A stretch of 64,000 nt of DNA from Octopus sinensis. Lineage: Eukaryota. This document shows positions 49,890 to 62,475 of the stretch, piece after piece. The translations under genes were made by a program, and so were the position numbers. Numbering within the stretch: the first letter of the stretch is position 1; every line of letters starts with the position of its first letter. The notes beneath the pieces were generated by a model. It searched no databases, was not told the origin of the DNA, and saw only the letters and a list, made by a program, of their open reading frames with translations. The stretch lies in the NCBI RefSeq assembly GCF_006345805.1, contig NC_043002.1:21018001-21082000 (forward strand), given 5' to 3'.

Positions 49890-50480
49890 CATCATCATCA
49901 TCATTTAATGTCCGTTTTCCATGCTGGCATGAGCAAGACAGTTTGACTGAGGACTGGTGAGCCAGAGGCTGTACCAGGCTCAATCTGATCTGGCAAAGTT
50001 TCCACAGCTGGATGCCCTTCCTAACGCCAGTCACTCTGAGAGTGTAGTGGGTGCTTTTTACATGCCACTGGCACGAGGGCCAGTCAAGCAGTTCTGGCAA
50101 TGACCATGCTCAAAAGGTGTTTTTATGTGCTACCTGCACAGGAGCCAGTCCAGCAGCACTGGCAATGACAATGCTCAAATGTTGCTTTTCACATGTCACC
50201 GGCACATGTGCCGGTAAGGTGACGCTGGCAACAATCACACTCAAATGATGCTTTTCATGTGTCACTGGCATGGGAGCCAATCCGTGGCCCTGGCAACGAT
50301 CATGCTTGGATGTGCTTTTAACATTCCACTGGCACAAGTGCCAATCAAGTGGTACTGTCATCAGCCACGTCAGCAATTTTGGTTTGTTTACACTTGCCTC
50401 AATAGGTCTTCGCAAGCAAAGTTCATTGTGCAATGAATGAGGGGTATTTGTAAGTGGGCCAGTTATACCCCAGATAACGG
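49890..50480 (-). mobile_element. RTE-type LINE 3' UTR (family D)
   Basis: Matches 36935-37510. Confidence 0.85.
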
Positions 50481-51414
50481 AAAGAATGCAGATATTAGTA
50501 TCACATTTATTTCTTGACCAGTACTTCCATTCTTTGCTTAGTTGTGAAGAAGCTCACTTTGCTAACAATTCTGTCAGCTCACCTTATGTATATATACATA
50601 GTAATAATCTTTTCCACAAATCACATGTCTCTTAAGATCACAGTCTGTATTCCTGGGATGATCTCAGTGTAGTGGTTAAGGTGTGTTAAGGTGAACAAAT
50701 GTGATAGGCATGTGGATGCCTTTGAAGTAAACAAATAAATGACATCGATTCATAGTTAAAATAATTTATTTGCTGTACTTCATTTGCCTTTGGTATACAA
50801 TATTCTTCACTACATGTAATTGTTGAAAACTGCTATGAGATGCTAGTAATAGCAACAGAGTACATCTGTGGAGGTGATATGTCAGAACTGAATATATTTG
50901 TGTGTGTGTGTGCGCCGATAATCTGAGACAATAGTCTGCCATGAACCTTTCTATCTACCAGTGTGTCATGAACCTTTCAGCCTGTCCGCCAAAGCCTTTC
51001 TCCTCTGCATCCTAGGCCTTTCTGTCTGTCTCTCTGTTGACCACAGTATTTTATAACCGCTGTGGCAGCTAGAAGAACAGACATACTGCAGCAGAGATTG
51101 TACCTAAAGGAGTCAGCTTCTGTCCATTTGAATTTCGCCTGACATGGATGAGGTCGTAGGTCAAAGGGAGATGATTTATCATTTTTTGACAGGACAAAGA
51201 AAACCTTTTCTCATGCCTGTTGATTGTGGTGGTTTGGATGACCAAGAATCTTTAGATTGGGTTTCAAATCTAAGCATTTTTACAGCAGTGTTGTCTCTAA
51301 TACCCATGGGCATTGGGTAGATCATCATGAAATGAATAATGAGACATTTGTATGTCATTTAATTTAAGTAACAGAAACTTGTACAACACTTTTGCCATCC
51401 TCTCAGTTGACATA

Positions 51415-51727
51415 GTTGTTGCTTTTTGTTCCTTCTTGAGCCATGCCTGGCTCATAAGGGCCGGTTTCCCGGTTTCTTGGCGTATAGGTTCCCCACCTGG
51501 ACGGGACACTGGTCCGTCACAGGTGAGCCGCAAGATGCAGGAGGAATGAGTGAGAGAAAGTTGTGTCGAAAGAGACAGCAGAAGTTTCGCCATTACTTTC
51601 TGCTGGAGCCGGGTGGAGCTTAGGTGTTTCGCTCATAAACACACACATCGCCCAATCTGAGATTCGAACCTGCGATCCCTCGACCACGCGTCTGCTGCTC
51701 TAACCGCTAGGCCATGTGCCTCCACTA
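51415..51727 (-). mobile_element. tRNA-derived SINE family E with V-domain-like block
   Basis: A box TGGCCTAGCGGTTAGAGC, B box GGTTCGAATC; CTGTGACGGACCAGTGTCCCGTCCAGG resembles the V-SINE domain (from memory); CAA-type tail. Confidence 0.75.
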
Positions 51728-51870
51728 GTTGCCATAGTAAGTTCCCACGACAAGCATTGGGAGATAACAGGTACTATTTTGGCTGTGAGTTATATGTGAG
51801 AGTATCTTTCTGCTAAAAGAGCTCCTTCGCTTAATGGGAGTCTCCTCTATTCTTGGGAAATCTATTTAAC

Positions 51871-51910
<40 letters not shown>

Positions 51911-52084
51911 GACATACACAAACACACACACATGCACTCTTTATAATCCCTCACTCCAGTTGTCACGCAATCATGCACTAAATAGATCAGGTGTCTCTTA
52001 ATCTGTTATTATTTGGTTGTCATAGTGAAACATCATTGAACTGTGAGTTACCACAATAGTGACCACACTGCCAACACCAACATC

Positions 52085-52305
52085 TCAGCCACCACTACCA
52101 CCACCACCACCACACCACCACCACCACCAAAACCACCACCACCAAAACCACCACCACCGTCACCACCATCACCATCGCCACCACCACCAAAACCACCACC
52201 ACCACCACCACCAAAACCACCACCACCACCACCACCACCACACCACCACCACCACCACCACAGCCGCCGCCGCCACCACCACCACCACCACTGCTGCTGC
52301 TGCCA
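52085..52305. repeat. (CCA)n tract with AAAACCACCACC variants
   Basis: Direct reading. Confidence 0.95.
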
Positions 52306-52711
52306 CCTCCACTTATATGTTTCTTTTTTTGATTAGTTATAAAAAAAGTAATTTTACATTAATCTGTGGTGTCACTCTGTACTTTAGCAGATTACAAATT
52401 CTTGTCTAAGAACACACACATACACACACATGCACACACACATACACATGCACACACACACACACATATATATATGTACACAAGCTCACTCATGCACACA
52501 CATCTATATACATATTAAAATTATTATTATAAAAAAGCTATACCTACTGGCCTGGTTCCATGTTGCATTCTTAATTTAATTTAACTGTTTTCTTTAATAA
52601 TAGCCCCAAATACTCATCTTTTATAATTATACTTTATGTACGATCAAAACATTACCCCTAATCTTTACAATGACATAATTAAAACCCCTAATTATCAGTT
52701 TTGAATTTTAA

Positions 52712-54858
52712 TAGTTAATAATTGTAAACATCTCTCGCTCCAATTTCTAACTCTTGTCTGTGTAACAAGCTTTATTATAATAATACATTTTAAATTTAAA
52801 TACCATTCGTTCTAGTTTTTTACACATCTATTATATAAAATCCATTCTGTCTGTGTGTGTCTTCTAGGATCTTGGGCATCCTCCATCTGATTGTGCTCAA
52901 ATTTGATTTGTAGATACCAATGGTATAGGACGTGTATAAGTCTTGAAAAAATTACAAAAATCGATTCCAGGTGAGAATGCAAATGATAAAGCCGTGGGAA
53001 CGTGCATTTGTACGCGCATTAAAATTGTTTTTCTTTGGAATAGAAAAAAAGTCTATCTATATTTCTTCTTTTGCTGGTGTCTCAAATTTAAATTAAATCA
53101 GTGTTTCTCAAAGGGGAGGCCTATGGGAATGTTGGACAAGCTGTTTTGAGAAAATTTGGTTTAAATGTTTGACAACTCAGCACTGTCCATTTGACGGGGG
53201 GGGGGGGGCGTTTTGCTTGTAACTAGTAATTGTAAATATCACTAGCTCCAATTCCCAACTCTTGTCTGTGTAACAAGTTTTATTATAATAATACATTTTA
53301 AATTTAAATACCATTTGTTCTAGTTTGTTACACATCTATTAAATAAAATCCGTTCTGTCTGTCTGTGTGTGTGTCTTCTAGGATCTCGGGCATCCTCCAT
53401 CCGATTGTGCTCAAATTTGATATGTAGATACCGACAGTATTAGGGCGTGTATAAGTCTTGAAAAAATTACAAAAATCGATTCCAGGTGAGAATGCGATCG
53501 ATAAAGCCGTGGGAATGTGCATTTGTACGCGCAATAAAATCGTTTTTCTTTGGAATAGAAAAAAAGTCTATCTTTATTTCTTCTTTTGCTGGTGTCTCAA
53601 ATTTAGGTTAAATCAGTGTTTCTTAAAGGGGAGGCCTATGGGACGGTCGGACAAGTTGTTTTGAGAAAATTTGGTTTAAATGTTTGACAACTCAGCACCG
53701 AGGGGTGGGGGACGTTTTGCTTGTAGTTAATAATTGTAAACATCACTAGCTCCAATTTCCAACTCTTGTTTGTGTAACAAGCTTTATTATAATAATACAT
53801 TTTAAATTTAAATACCATTCGTTCTTGTTTGTTACACATCTATTATATAAAATCCGTTCTGTCTGTCTGTGTGTGTGTCTTCTAAGATCTCGGGCATCCT
53901 CCATCTGATTGCACTCAAATTTGATTGTAGATACCGATGGTATCAGGACGTGTATAAATCTTGAAAAAAGGACAAAAATTGATTCCAGGTGAGAATGCGA
54001 TCTATAAAGCCGTGGGAACGTGCATTTGTACGCGCATTAAAATCGTTTTCCTTTGGAATAGAAAAAAAGTCTATCTTTATTTCTTCTTTTGCTGGTGTCT
54101 CAAATTTAAATTAAATCAGTGTTTCTCAAAGGGGAGGCCTATGGGACAGTCGGACAAGTTGTTTTGAGAAAATTTGGTTTAAATGTTTGACATCTCAGCA
54201 CCGTCCATTGGACGGGGGGGGGAGGCGTTTTGCTGGTAGTTAATAATTGTAAACATCTCTAGCTCCAATTCCCAACTCTTGTCTCTGTAACAAGTTTTAT
54301 TATAATAATACATTTTAAATTTAAATACCATTTGTTCTAGTTTGTTACACATCTATTATATAAAATCGTTCTATCTGTCTGTGTGTGTGTCTTCTAGGAT
54401 CTTGGGCATCCTCCATCTGATTGCGCTCAAATTTGATATGTAGATACCGACAGTATCAGGGTGTGCATAAGTCTTGAACAAATTACAAAAATCATTTCCA
54501 GGTGAGAATACAATCGCTAAAGCCGTGGGAACGTGCATTTGTATGCGCATTAAAATCGTTTTTCTTTGGAATAGAAAAAAAGTCTATCTTTATTTCTTCT
54601 TTTGCTGGTGTCTCAAATTTAAATTAAATCAGTGTTTCTCAAAGGGGAGGCCTATGGGACGGTTGGACAAGTTGTTTTGAGAAAATTTGGTTTAAATGTT
54701 TGACAACTCAGCGCTGTCCATTGGACAGGGGACATTTTGCTGGTAGTTAATAATTGTAAACATCACTAGCTCCAATTTCCAACTCTTGTCTGTGTAACAA
54801 GTTTTATTATAATAATACATTTTAAATTTAAATACCATTCATTCTAGTTTGTTACACA
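52712..54858 (+). repeat. Tandem array of a ~400-bp Helitron-like element plus ~115-bp spacer (S-E-S-E-S-E-S-E-S)
   Basis: Period 503-515 bp; each E starts A|TCTATT...CTGTCTGTGTG and ends with a GTCC-ATT-GGAC hairpin, G run and CTRR-like end. Confidence 0.92.
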
Positions 54859-55031
54859 ATTCCTCATATAACAGCTTCAGTCCCAGCTTTATCTATATTC
54901 AATATCCCACTAGTTTTTCAACATTTTTTTTTGTTCCTTTTTATCTCCTTCGTGTTTATGTTTGTCTTCTTTTCTCTTTCTTTCTTTCTCTTCTCTTCTC
55001 TTTTCTCCCTTTTGTTTTTTCTTCAAATAAT

Positions 55032-55436
55032 CTCTTTACTTTTTACTCTTTTACTTGCTTCAGTCATTTGACTGTGGCCACGCTGGAGCACCTCCTTTAG
55101 TCGAGCTAATCGACCCCAGGACTTCCTAGTATTTATTCTATCAGTCTCTTTTGCTGAACTGCTAAGTTACGGAGACATAAGACACCGGCATCAGTTATCA
55201 AGCAATGTTGGGAGGACAAACACACACACAAACGTATATACACACACATACATATATATATATACATATATACGATGGGCTTCTTTCAGTTTCCGTCTAC
55301 CAAATCCTCTCAAAAGGCTTTGGTCAACCTGAGGCTATAGTAGAAGACACTTGCCCAAGATGCCACACAGTGGGACTGAACCCGGAACCATGTGGTTGGT
55401 AAGCAAGCTACTTACCACACAGCCACTCCTATGCCT
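55032..55436 (-). mobile_element. SINE family A, full length
   Basis: All family A blocks. Confidence 0.9.
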
Positions 55437-55525
55437 ATCTATTGTTTAACACATTATAAATGCTTCCACATTCAAACCTTCAATTCTGATAAACCAAAGT
55501 AACCAGTCAATATTGCAAATTGGAA

Positions 55526-55760
55526 AGGGCAGCAAGATGGAAGAATCGTTAGCACGCTGGGCAAAATGCTTAGCGGTATTTCGTCGGCCGTTATATTCTG
55601 AGTCCAAATTCCATCACGGTCGACATTGCCTTTCATCCTTCTGGAGTCAATTAAATTAGTACCAGTTGCATATTGGGGTCAATCTAATTGACTGCCCCAC
55701 TCCCCCAAAATTTCAGGCCTTGCGCCTAGAGTAGAAAAGATAATTGATAATAGAGAAATA
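55526..55760 (+). mobile_element. SINE family B with 17-bp TSD
   Basis: AATATTGCAAATTGGAA at 55509-55525 and 55761-55777. Confidence 0.9.
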
Positions 55761-55797
55761 AATATTGCAAATTGGAAGCTCTTACTAAATAAATATA

Positions 55798-55915
55798 ATC
55801 TACGGCCGTATCACTTTGAAAGCACTGGTTCTCATCCGATCACCGAAGTTAAGCAATGTCAAGCCTAGTTAGTACTTAGATGGGTGACCGCTTGCGAAAC
55901 CTGAGTGCTGTAAAC
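55798..55915 (+). pseudogene. 5S rRNA: 5S rRNA pseudogene (solitary, full length)
   Basis: CTACGGCC...TCCGATCACCGAAGTTAAGCAA...GTTAGTACTT.GATGGGTGACCGC...GTGCTGTA; multiple CpG-type transitions. Confidence 0.93.
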
Positions 55916-55929
55916 GTCTTTCTATTCAT

Positions 55930-56092
55930 AGGCATAGGAGTGGCTGTGGGGTAAGTAGCTTGCTTACAAACCACATGGTTCCATGTTCAGTCCCACTTCG
56001 TGGCACCTTAGGCAAGTGTCTTCTACTATAGCCTCAGGCCGACCAAAGCCTTGTGAGTGGATTTGGTAGACGGAAACTGAAAGAAGCCCATC
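55930..56092 (+). mobile_element. SINE A head-only copy
   Basis: Ends at the internal TA/TG microsatellite. Confidence 0.85.
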
Positions 56093-56126
56093 ATATATAT
56101 ATATATATATGCATGTGTGTGTGTGT

Positions 56127-56300
56127 GTATGTTTGTTATTTCTTTATTGCCCACAAGGGGCTAAACATAGAGGGGACAAACAAGGACAGACAAAGGGATT
56201 AAGTCGATTACATCGAATTTGAACTCAGAATGTAAAGACATGAAATACCGCTAAGCATTTCGCCTGGTGTGCTAACGATTCTACCAGCTCGCCGCTGCAT
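56127..56300 (-). mobile_element. SINE B long form, internally deleted
   Basis: Matches 60848-61075 reversed. Confidence 0.8.
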
Positions 56301-56989
56301 AATTAGGATACATTGGATTATGTTATCCAATGCTATCCAGCATCAACTTGAGCAGGTTGAACTAGGTAAAATGTTTGAGAAAGAAACCTAGCTGTTTCTT
56401 GCAATACATACCAATACATACATTTAAAGCAAAATTTTTTCAGGGGTCCTTAAAATATTTTTGCAGATCTCCAATTTACCATTTTGTTACGTAGACACCC
56501 CAAAATCTTATATAGACCCTCAGGGGCCATATGGACCCCATTTGAGAACCACAGCAGTATATAATACTGTTCTCTAAACACTACATGTAAGTAATTGACA
56601 TGTTGGTCACAGCTGGGGTGTCTTTGATCATAGCTCTGCTCATTCAGCACTGACCTGGTACAACAACAAACAACAGACACTACTTTAACTACTATGATTA
56701 CCATGACAACAAATAATATTTTTGCCCTCACCTTGCCCTACAAATACTCAGACCTCATTCTTTAACCCCTCACAAACCACTGCCTGGTTATAATTTGGTT
56801 GCTGACCTTGTGACCTTTATGTAACCTTTCTCTCCATTTAATTACATCCTCCTCTTTATTAAATTGCATGTAATCTGTATCTTTTCCTATTTCAGACATC
56901 TTTCTTTGTTATCTCTTTCTTTTTCACTTTATCTTTTTCCTTTTAATTCATACTCATACATTTATAAATACGTACATACATGTGTGGAT

Positions 56990-57125
56990 ACATGCATACA
57001 CACACACACACATATATATATATTTACATACTCACATTCATACTCGCATGTATCATATACAAGCGCATATATTTGTGTATGTCTATGTGCATGTGTGAGT
57101 GTATATATATACATATGTATATATA

Positions 57126-57160
<35 letters not shown>

Positions 57161-57430
57161 GATGTGTGTGTATGTGTATACATCTATGTATGTATATAGG
57201 TGTATATGTATACATACATACATATATTTATATACATACATATATACATACATACATACACACACACACACACGCACACATACACACACATACACACACA
57301 TACACACACACACACATATATATTTATGTATGGATAAATATATATGGCTACACATACATATGCAAAAATGCACACACGCACACACACACACACATACACA
57401 CATACACACACACAAACATAAACATATACA
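56990..57430. repeat. Compound CA/TA/TG microsatellite region
   Basis: Direct reading. Confidence 0.92.
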
Positions 57431-59039
57431 CCCTCATAATGACAGTAAATTGCATCCTGTGGTGAGGCTTCGGCTCAAAAGTTCAGGAATTTTTCTGTAA
57501 AGTATGGAGATGTCATCTCTCTTCCCAGGTCAACTCAGACCCAGGGCAGTAATATCAGTCAAAGGACACAATAACAGAAAGTAGTTCTTTGGCTAAGACA
57601 TACCAAACTTAAAGAAGGGTTGGGCCATAGACATGTGTCACCCAGGTTCACCACTGTATGTGATGCAAACCAAACCCCCTTGTCTGGTGGTTAAATAGGC
57701 CCTGTGCCTCGAGGGGCAAGTTAAAAAATCAGGTTATTAACAGAGTATACTGTAAATAATCTGATGGAAGACAGCAGAAAACTACACATCTTTGGCATGG
57801 AGGGGATCCATAATTGGTGACACCTGTAGGCATGGCAAATGATATATATCATAATCATCGTTGTCGTCATCATCATCATCATCATGATTATCACAACCAT
57901 CACAGTCATCATCATCATCACAATCATCATCACTAATTTTGTGGTTATAGAACCTAGCTGTTCTTTCTAGCATGTTGAATCCCACGAGTGGATTCCTTAT
58001 GTGTTTAAATGTACACTGTATTTTATGAGTAATACATAGTCTTTGAACTAAATTTTTTGAACTAAATTACCTCATTTTATTAAACACTGTAAGTATTACA
58101 TCAGTTTTAAAATGTTGAGCAATCTTCAGCCACTTATAGAATTTTCCAATTAAACAGACAATGCACATTCTTATCCTTATTTCATTTGCCAACATTTTAA
58201 AGAGGGTAGATATATAGACAGAGAGGTTGATTTCATTCTTAAGAACATGATAGTAGTATGTTCCCTATATGCATATTAGTTGAATAAAGTTGAAACATAG
58301 TCTGATTTTCACGTTTTTTATTATGGTATTTTAACAAAATTAGTGCTCTCATACATAGTATACTCCTCAGATTACAAATACATTTAACTGACAGTTGAGT
58401 TCTTAACTTTAGTACCTCTTAGAATGCTCCAACCAACTGAGTTTTCAGAATACCTTCTTGATCAATCCACATGCACTTAAACATCCTGGTTTGCCAGGCA
58501 TACCAATATTCTGTAACTTTTATTTATTTATTAATCCACATCATTAACTGTTATATTATTCCTGTTATTTCCTTTCAGAATAGGTTCGAACATTTTAATA
58601 AACCGTTTTCCTTATTATCTTTCTTCCAACCTCACTTGAGTTATGTAGTTTGTGGAAAGGAAAAATTAAAAATGTTTTCTCTAAATGTTTGCTCAGTGGA
58701 ATTTGGTGAACATTGGTGTTCTGGATTTGTTGTTTGTGGACTCATGAGCATTCTGATAATGCATTCCCTGTCTCTCCTATATATTATTCCTTGTAATTTG
58801 GGCATTTAATGCAGTAGATGAAATTTCTGCTTTTGCAGTTCATATCTGTATTTGCAAAAATCTGTCCATTTTTTGTTCTAATGGATCTACTCGTATGCAT
58901 GTATTGACATGTTTCACATATGTTATCATTACACTTCGATACTTTGAATGTTATATCCTGTTTGTTTATGTTGAATTTTGCTTTTGTTAATACTTTCTTT
59001 AGGTTATGAGGTTGCCTTTTGCTTAAGATAAGTGTTTGA

Positions 59040-59436
59040 TTACTCTTTTACTCTTTTACTTGTTTCAGTCCTTTGACTGTGGCCATGCTGGAGCACCGTC
59101 TTTAGTTGAGCAAATCGACCCCAAAACTTATTCTACTGGTCTCTTTTGCCAAACTGCTAAGTTACGGGGACGTAAACACACCACCATCGGTTGTCAAGCA
59201 ATGTTGGGGACAAACACAGATACACAAACACGCACACACAAACATATATACACACATACATATATATATATGTATATATGACAGGCTTCTTTCAGTTTCT
59301 GTCTACCAAATCCACTCACACGGCTTTGGTCGACCCGAGGTTATAGTAGAAGAGACTTGCTCAAGGTGCCATGCAGTGGGACTGAACCCGGAAACATGTG
59401 GTTGGTAAGCAAGCTACTTACCACACAGCCACTCCT
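59040..59436 (-). mobile_element. SINE family A nested in the PLE
   Basis: Full length; PLE reading frame continues on both sides. Confidence 0.9.
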
Positions 59437-60233
59437 AGATATGTTTTTTTAATTTTTCACTTTGTTTTTATGATTGGCAAATTTGTTTTGATGATGTTAA
59501 AAATGTTTTGGTGATGCGGATTGTGTGTTACTAGAGATGTTATTGTGTTCCTTTGATGAGTTTGTCTTTTCTATGTTGCTCTAAGTTGTTCTGCAGGTTT
59601 CTCTTTTGCTCATTGTATGCTTTTTTTCTATAAGTAGGAGAGGGTAATTTAGTTTGAGCAGAAATCCTTTCAGTTCTATAAGTCATGCGTTTCTGGTATT
59701 TGGATCATCAATTATAGTACAAATTTTCCTGGCTAGACAGTATGGGATATTGCGTTTTGTGTGTGCTGGATGGCATAATTTGAAATTTAGGTAGTGGTGT
59801 GTATCTGTGCTTTTGCAATAAATATCAGTTGTGATTGTGGTGTTGTTTTTAATTACCATTATGTCAAGAAATGGTAATTGTGTGTTGCTCATTTCTCTTG
59901 TGAATTTAAGACTAGGGTGTAGATTACTGAGGAGGGTGCTGAATTCTTACAGATTTTCTAGGGATTTGGTCCGAAGTAGGAAACAAACATCGAAGTAACT
60001 TTTCCATGTGCCCTCTATATGTCTTTTAAAAGTCAAGCCATAGTTGTCTTCAATCTTTTTATATAGGTTTTGTTCCTAGTATCCCAATTGTGAGTTTGCC
60101 AAAACTGGAGCAAATTGCGTCCCTATAGCTGTGCCTTAAATTTGGAGGTAGTTTTTTCCATTGAAAAGGAATGTATTGTCTTTGAGGATGGGGCTGACCA
60201 TGTCAAGAACTCAACTGTTAGTTAAACACATTT

Positions 60234-60273
60234 GAAATCTGATGAGTACACTATGTATGAAAGCGCTAATTTT
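60234..60273 (+). ncRNA. Minimal type I hammerhead ribozyme (PLE pLTR)
   Basis: GAAAT-CTGATGA-GTAC-ACTAT-GTAT-GAAA-GCGC-TA-ATTTT: intact core, helix I GAAAT/ATTTT, helix II, palindromic AGCGCT helix III; decayed twin at 58336-58375 (minus). Confidence 0.75.
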
Positions 60274-60379
60274 GTTGAAATACCATAATAAAAAATGTGA
60301 AAACCAGACTATGTTTTAAATTTATTTATATATTATTCTATACACATTCACACAAATTCGAAATAATATATATATATAT

Positions 60380-60765
60380 ATCATCATCATCATGATTGCT
60401 GTTTAACGTCTGCTTTCCATGCTGGCATGGGTTGGATGGTTTGACTGAGGTCTAGTAAGCCAGAAGGCTGCACCAGGCTCCAATCTGATCTATCAAAGTT
60501 TCTACAGCTGGATGCCATTCCTAACGCCAATCACTCCTAGAGTGTAGTGGGTGCTTTTTATGAGCCACTGGCATGAGGGCCAGTCAGGCGATACTGGCAT
60601 CAACCATGCATGAATGGTGCTTTTTATGTGCCTAAGCTTCTTCAGTTTCAATCTACCAAATCCACTCACGAGGCATTGGTTGGCTCGTGACTTTAATAGA
60701 AAGCACTGAACCTGGAACCATGTAATTGAAAAGCAAGCTTCTTATCCCACAGCCATGCCTGGGCC
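60380..60765 (-). mobile_element. Family D UTR fragment fused to a deleted SINE A head
   Basis: D motifs 60380-60635, SINE A head motifs 60636-60765. Confidence 0.7.
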
Positions 60766-60847
60766 TATTCATTTATTCTTTTAAGTGTTTTAGCTTTAAA
60801 GGTGTGGTTATGCTGGGGCACCACTGTTGTGCTGTGTATATAACAAG

Positions 60848-61075
60848 AAGGCGGTGAGCTGGCAGAAACGTTAGCATGCCGGGCAAAATACGTAGCAGTA
60901 TTTTGTCTGCCGTTACGTTCTGAGTTCTAATTCCGCCGAGGTCGACTTTACCTTTCATCCTTTCAGGGTCGATAAATTAAGTACCAGTTACACACTGGGG
61001 TCAATGTAATCGACTTAATCCCTTTATCTGTCCTTGTTTGTCTTCTCTATGTTTAGCCTCTTGTCGGCAATACAG
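60848..61075 (+). mobile_element. SINE family B, long form
   Basis: Complete head, core and GTCCTTGTTTGTC tail. Confidence 0.88.
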
Positions 61076-61364
61076 AAATATATATAACGAGTAAACAACC
61101 TCGTGACCATCATACACCAATATCTCCACGACTCTTTGTAAGCAAACATATAAGGATATGATTTCAAGCATCACCCACTTCTGGTAGTCCAAGAAAGCTA
61201 TAAAACGAGGAATAATAATAATACCAGCATCCACTGAGGTCAGCTTTATCTTTCATTCCTTCAGGGTTGAAAAAATTATGCATCAATTAAGTACTGAGGT
61301 TGATGATATCAATTACCCCCTTCCCCTCAAAATTACAAGTCTTGTATCTAAAAATAGAAAAAAA

Positions 61365-61403
61365 TTATTATTATTATTATTGATGTTATTATTGTTATTA
61401 TTA

Positions 61404-61449
<46 letters not shown>

Positions 61450-61458
61450 TACTATTAC

Positions 61459-61500
<42 letters not shown>

Positions 61501-61527
61501 CATTATTATTATTGTTATTATTATTTT
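61365..61527. repeat. (TTA)n microsatellite
   Basis: Direct reading. Confidence 0.95.
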
Positions 61528-62056
61528 GGGGTCTATTTGCTGACCCAGTTTTCTTATTATAAACACTGATATAAAACAGGCCACACCCACTTATAATTAT
61601 CTCAAGCCTTCCTCCTTTGTTTACATTCTTATTTCTGTGTTTGTCAATTTCCAAAATACTTTTCTATGCTGTATTTTGTCTTCCAGTGTCTAGTTACTTC
61701 CCTTTTACACGTTTACTTAAAACCCTGCCATCATTTAACATTGTTTTTATCACTGCCGACCCACTATAGGAAGCAATTCAACCAACTTAGTCAACTTTAA
61801 TCATCCCCTGTAATTATTTTATCACTCTTGGAGGGACGAAAATTAAATTAACTTTGGCAGGATTTGAACTGAGAATATAAAGAGATAAAGCTTTATCCTT
61901 TAGAGTTCAAATTGTGCCTAGGTTAAAGTTTCCTTTCGTCTTTGTTGGGGTTGATAAAAGAAGTAGCAGTCAAGTGCTAGGTATCCATTAAATTAACTGT
62001 AACACACCCATTAACTCTGAGGTCATGTGGATTATGTTATGAATCATCATTAGTAA

Positions 62057-62240
62057 AGGGGGTGAGGTGGCAGAATTGTTAGCACACCAGGTGAAATGCT
62101 TAGTGGTATTTCGTCTGTCCTTATGTTCTGAGTTCAAATACTACCAGGGTTGACTTTGCATTTCATCTTTTTGGGGATTGATGTAATTGACTGGCCCCTT
62201 TCCCACCAACTTTTAGGCCTTGTGCCTAGAGTAGAAAGTA
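62057..62240 (+). mobile_element. SINE family B
   Basis: Head, core, tail. Confidence 0.8.
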
Positions 62241-62475
62241 TTATTATTATTATTGTTAGTTTTAATGTCCATATTATTTCTGAGTTCAGATCCCATGAAG
62301 ATCAAATGAATTTTTATCCTTCCAGAGTCAATAACCTAAGAAATAGTCAAGAACTGGAGTTTACTGGAATTGAATTGTTGGCTGAAATTGCTTCCTGCTA
62401 CCTCTACTACTATGATAATTGATAATAATAATAATAATAATAATATTAATAATAATATCAACAACAACAACAAAT

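Larger units (their letters stand above)
58215..60335 (-). mobile_element. Penelope-like element: 5'-truncated RT plus GIY-YIG, 3' pLTR, inverted pLTR at the 5' junction; interrupted by SINE A
   Basis: ILKDNTFLFNGKNY..KGTAIGTQFAP..AN; LPFLDIMV...TDIYCKSTDTHHYLNF..CHP.HTKRNIPYCLA; CETC...NFIYCIKC...YIGETG; 58283-58410 is the inverted counterpart of 60203-60335. Confidence 0.9.

Noticed and set aside
52943-54680. Four near-identical 68-aa ORFs as a tandem gene family
   Set aside because: TTG starts, no domain, simply the repeat unit of the Helitron-like array
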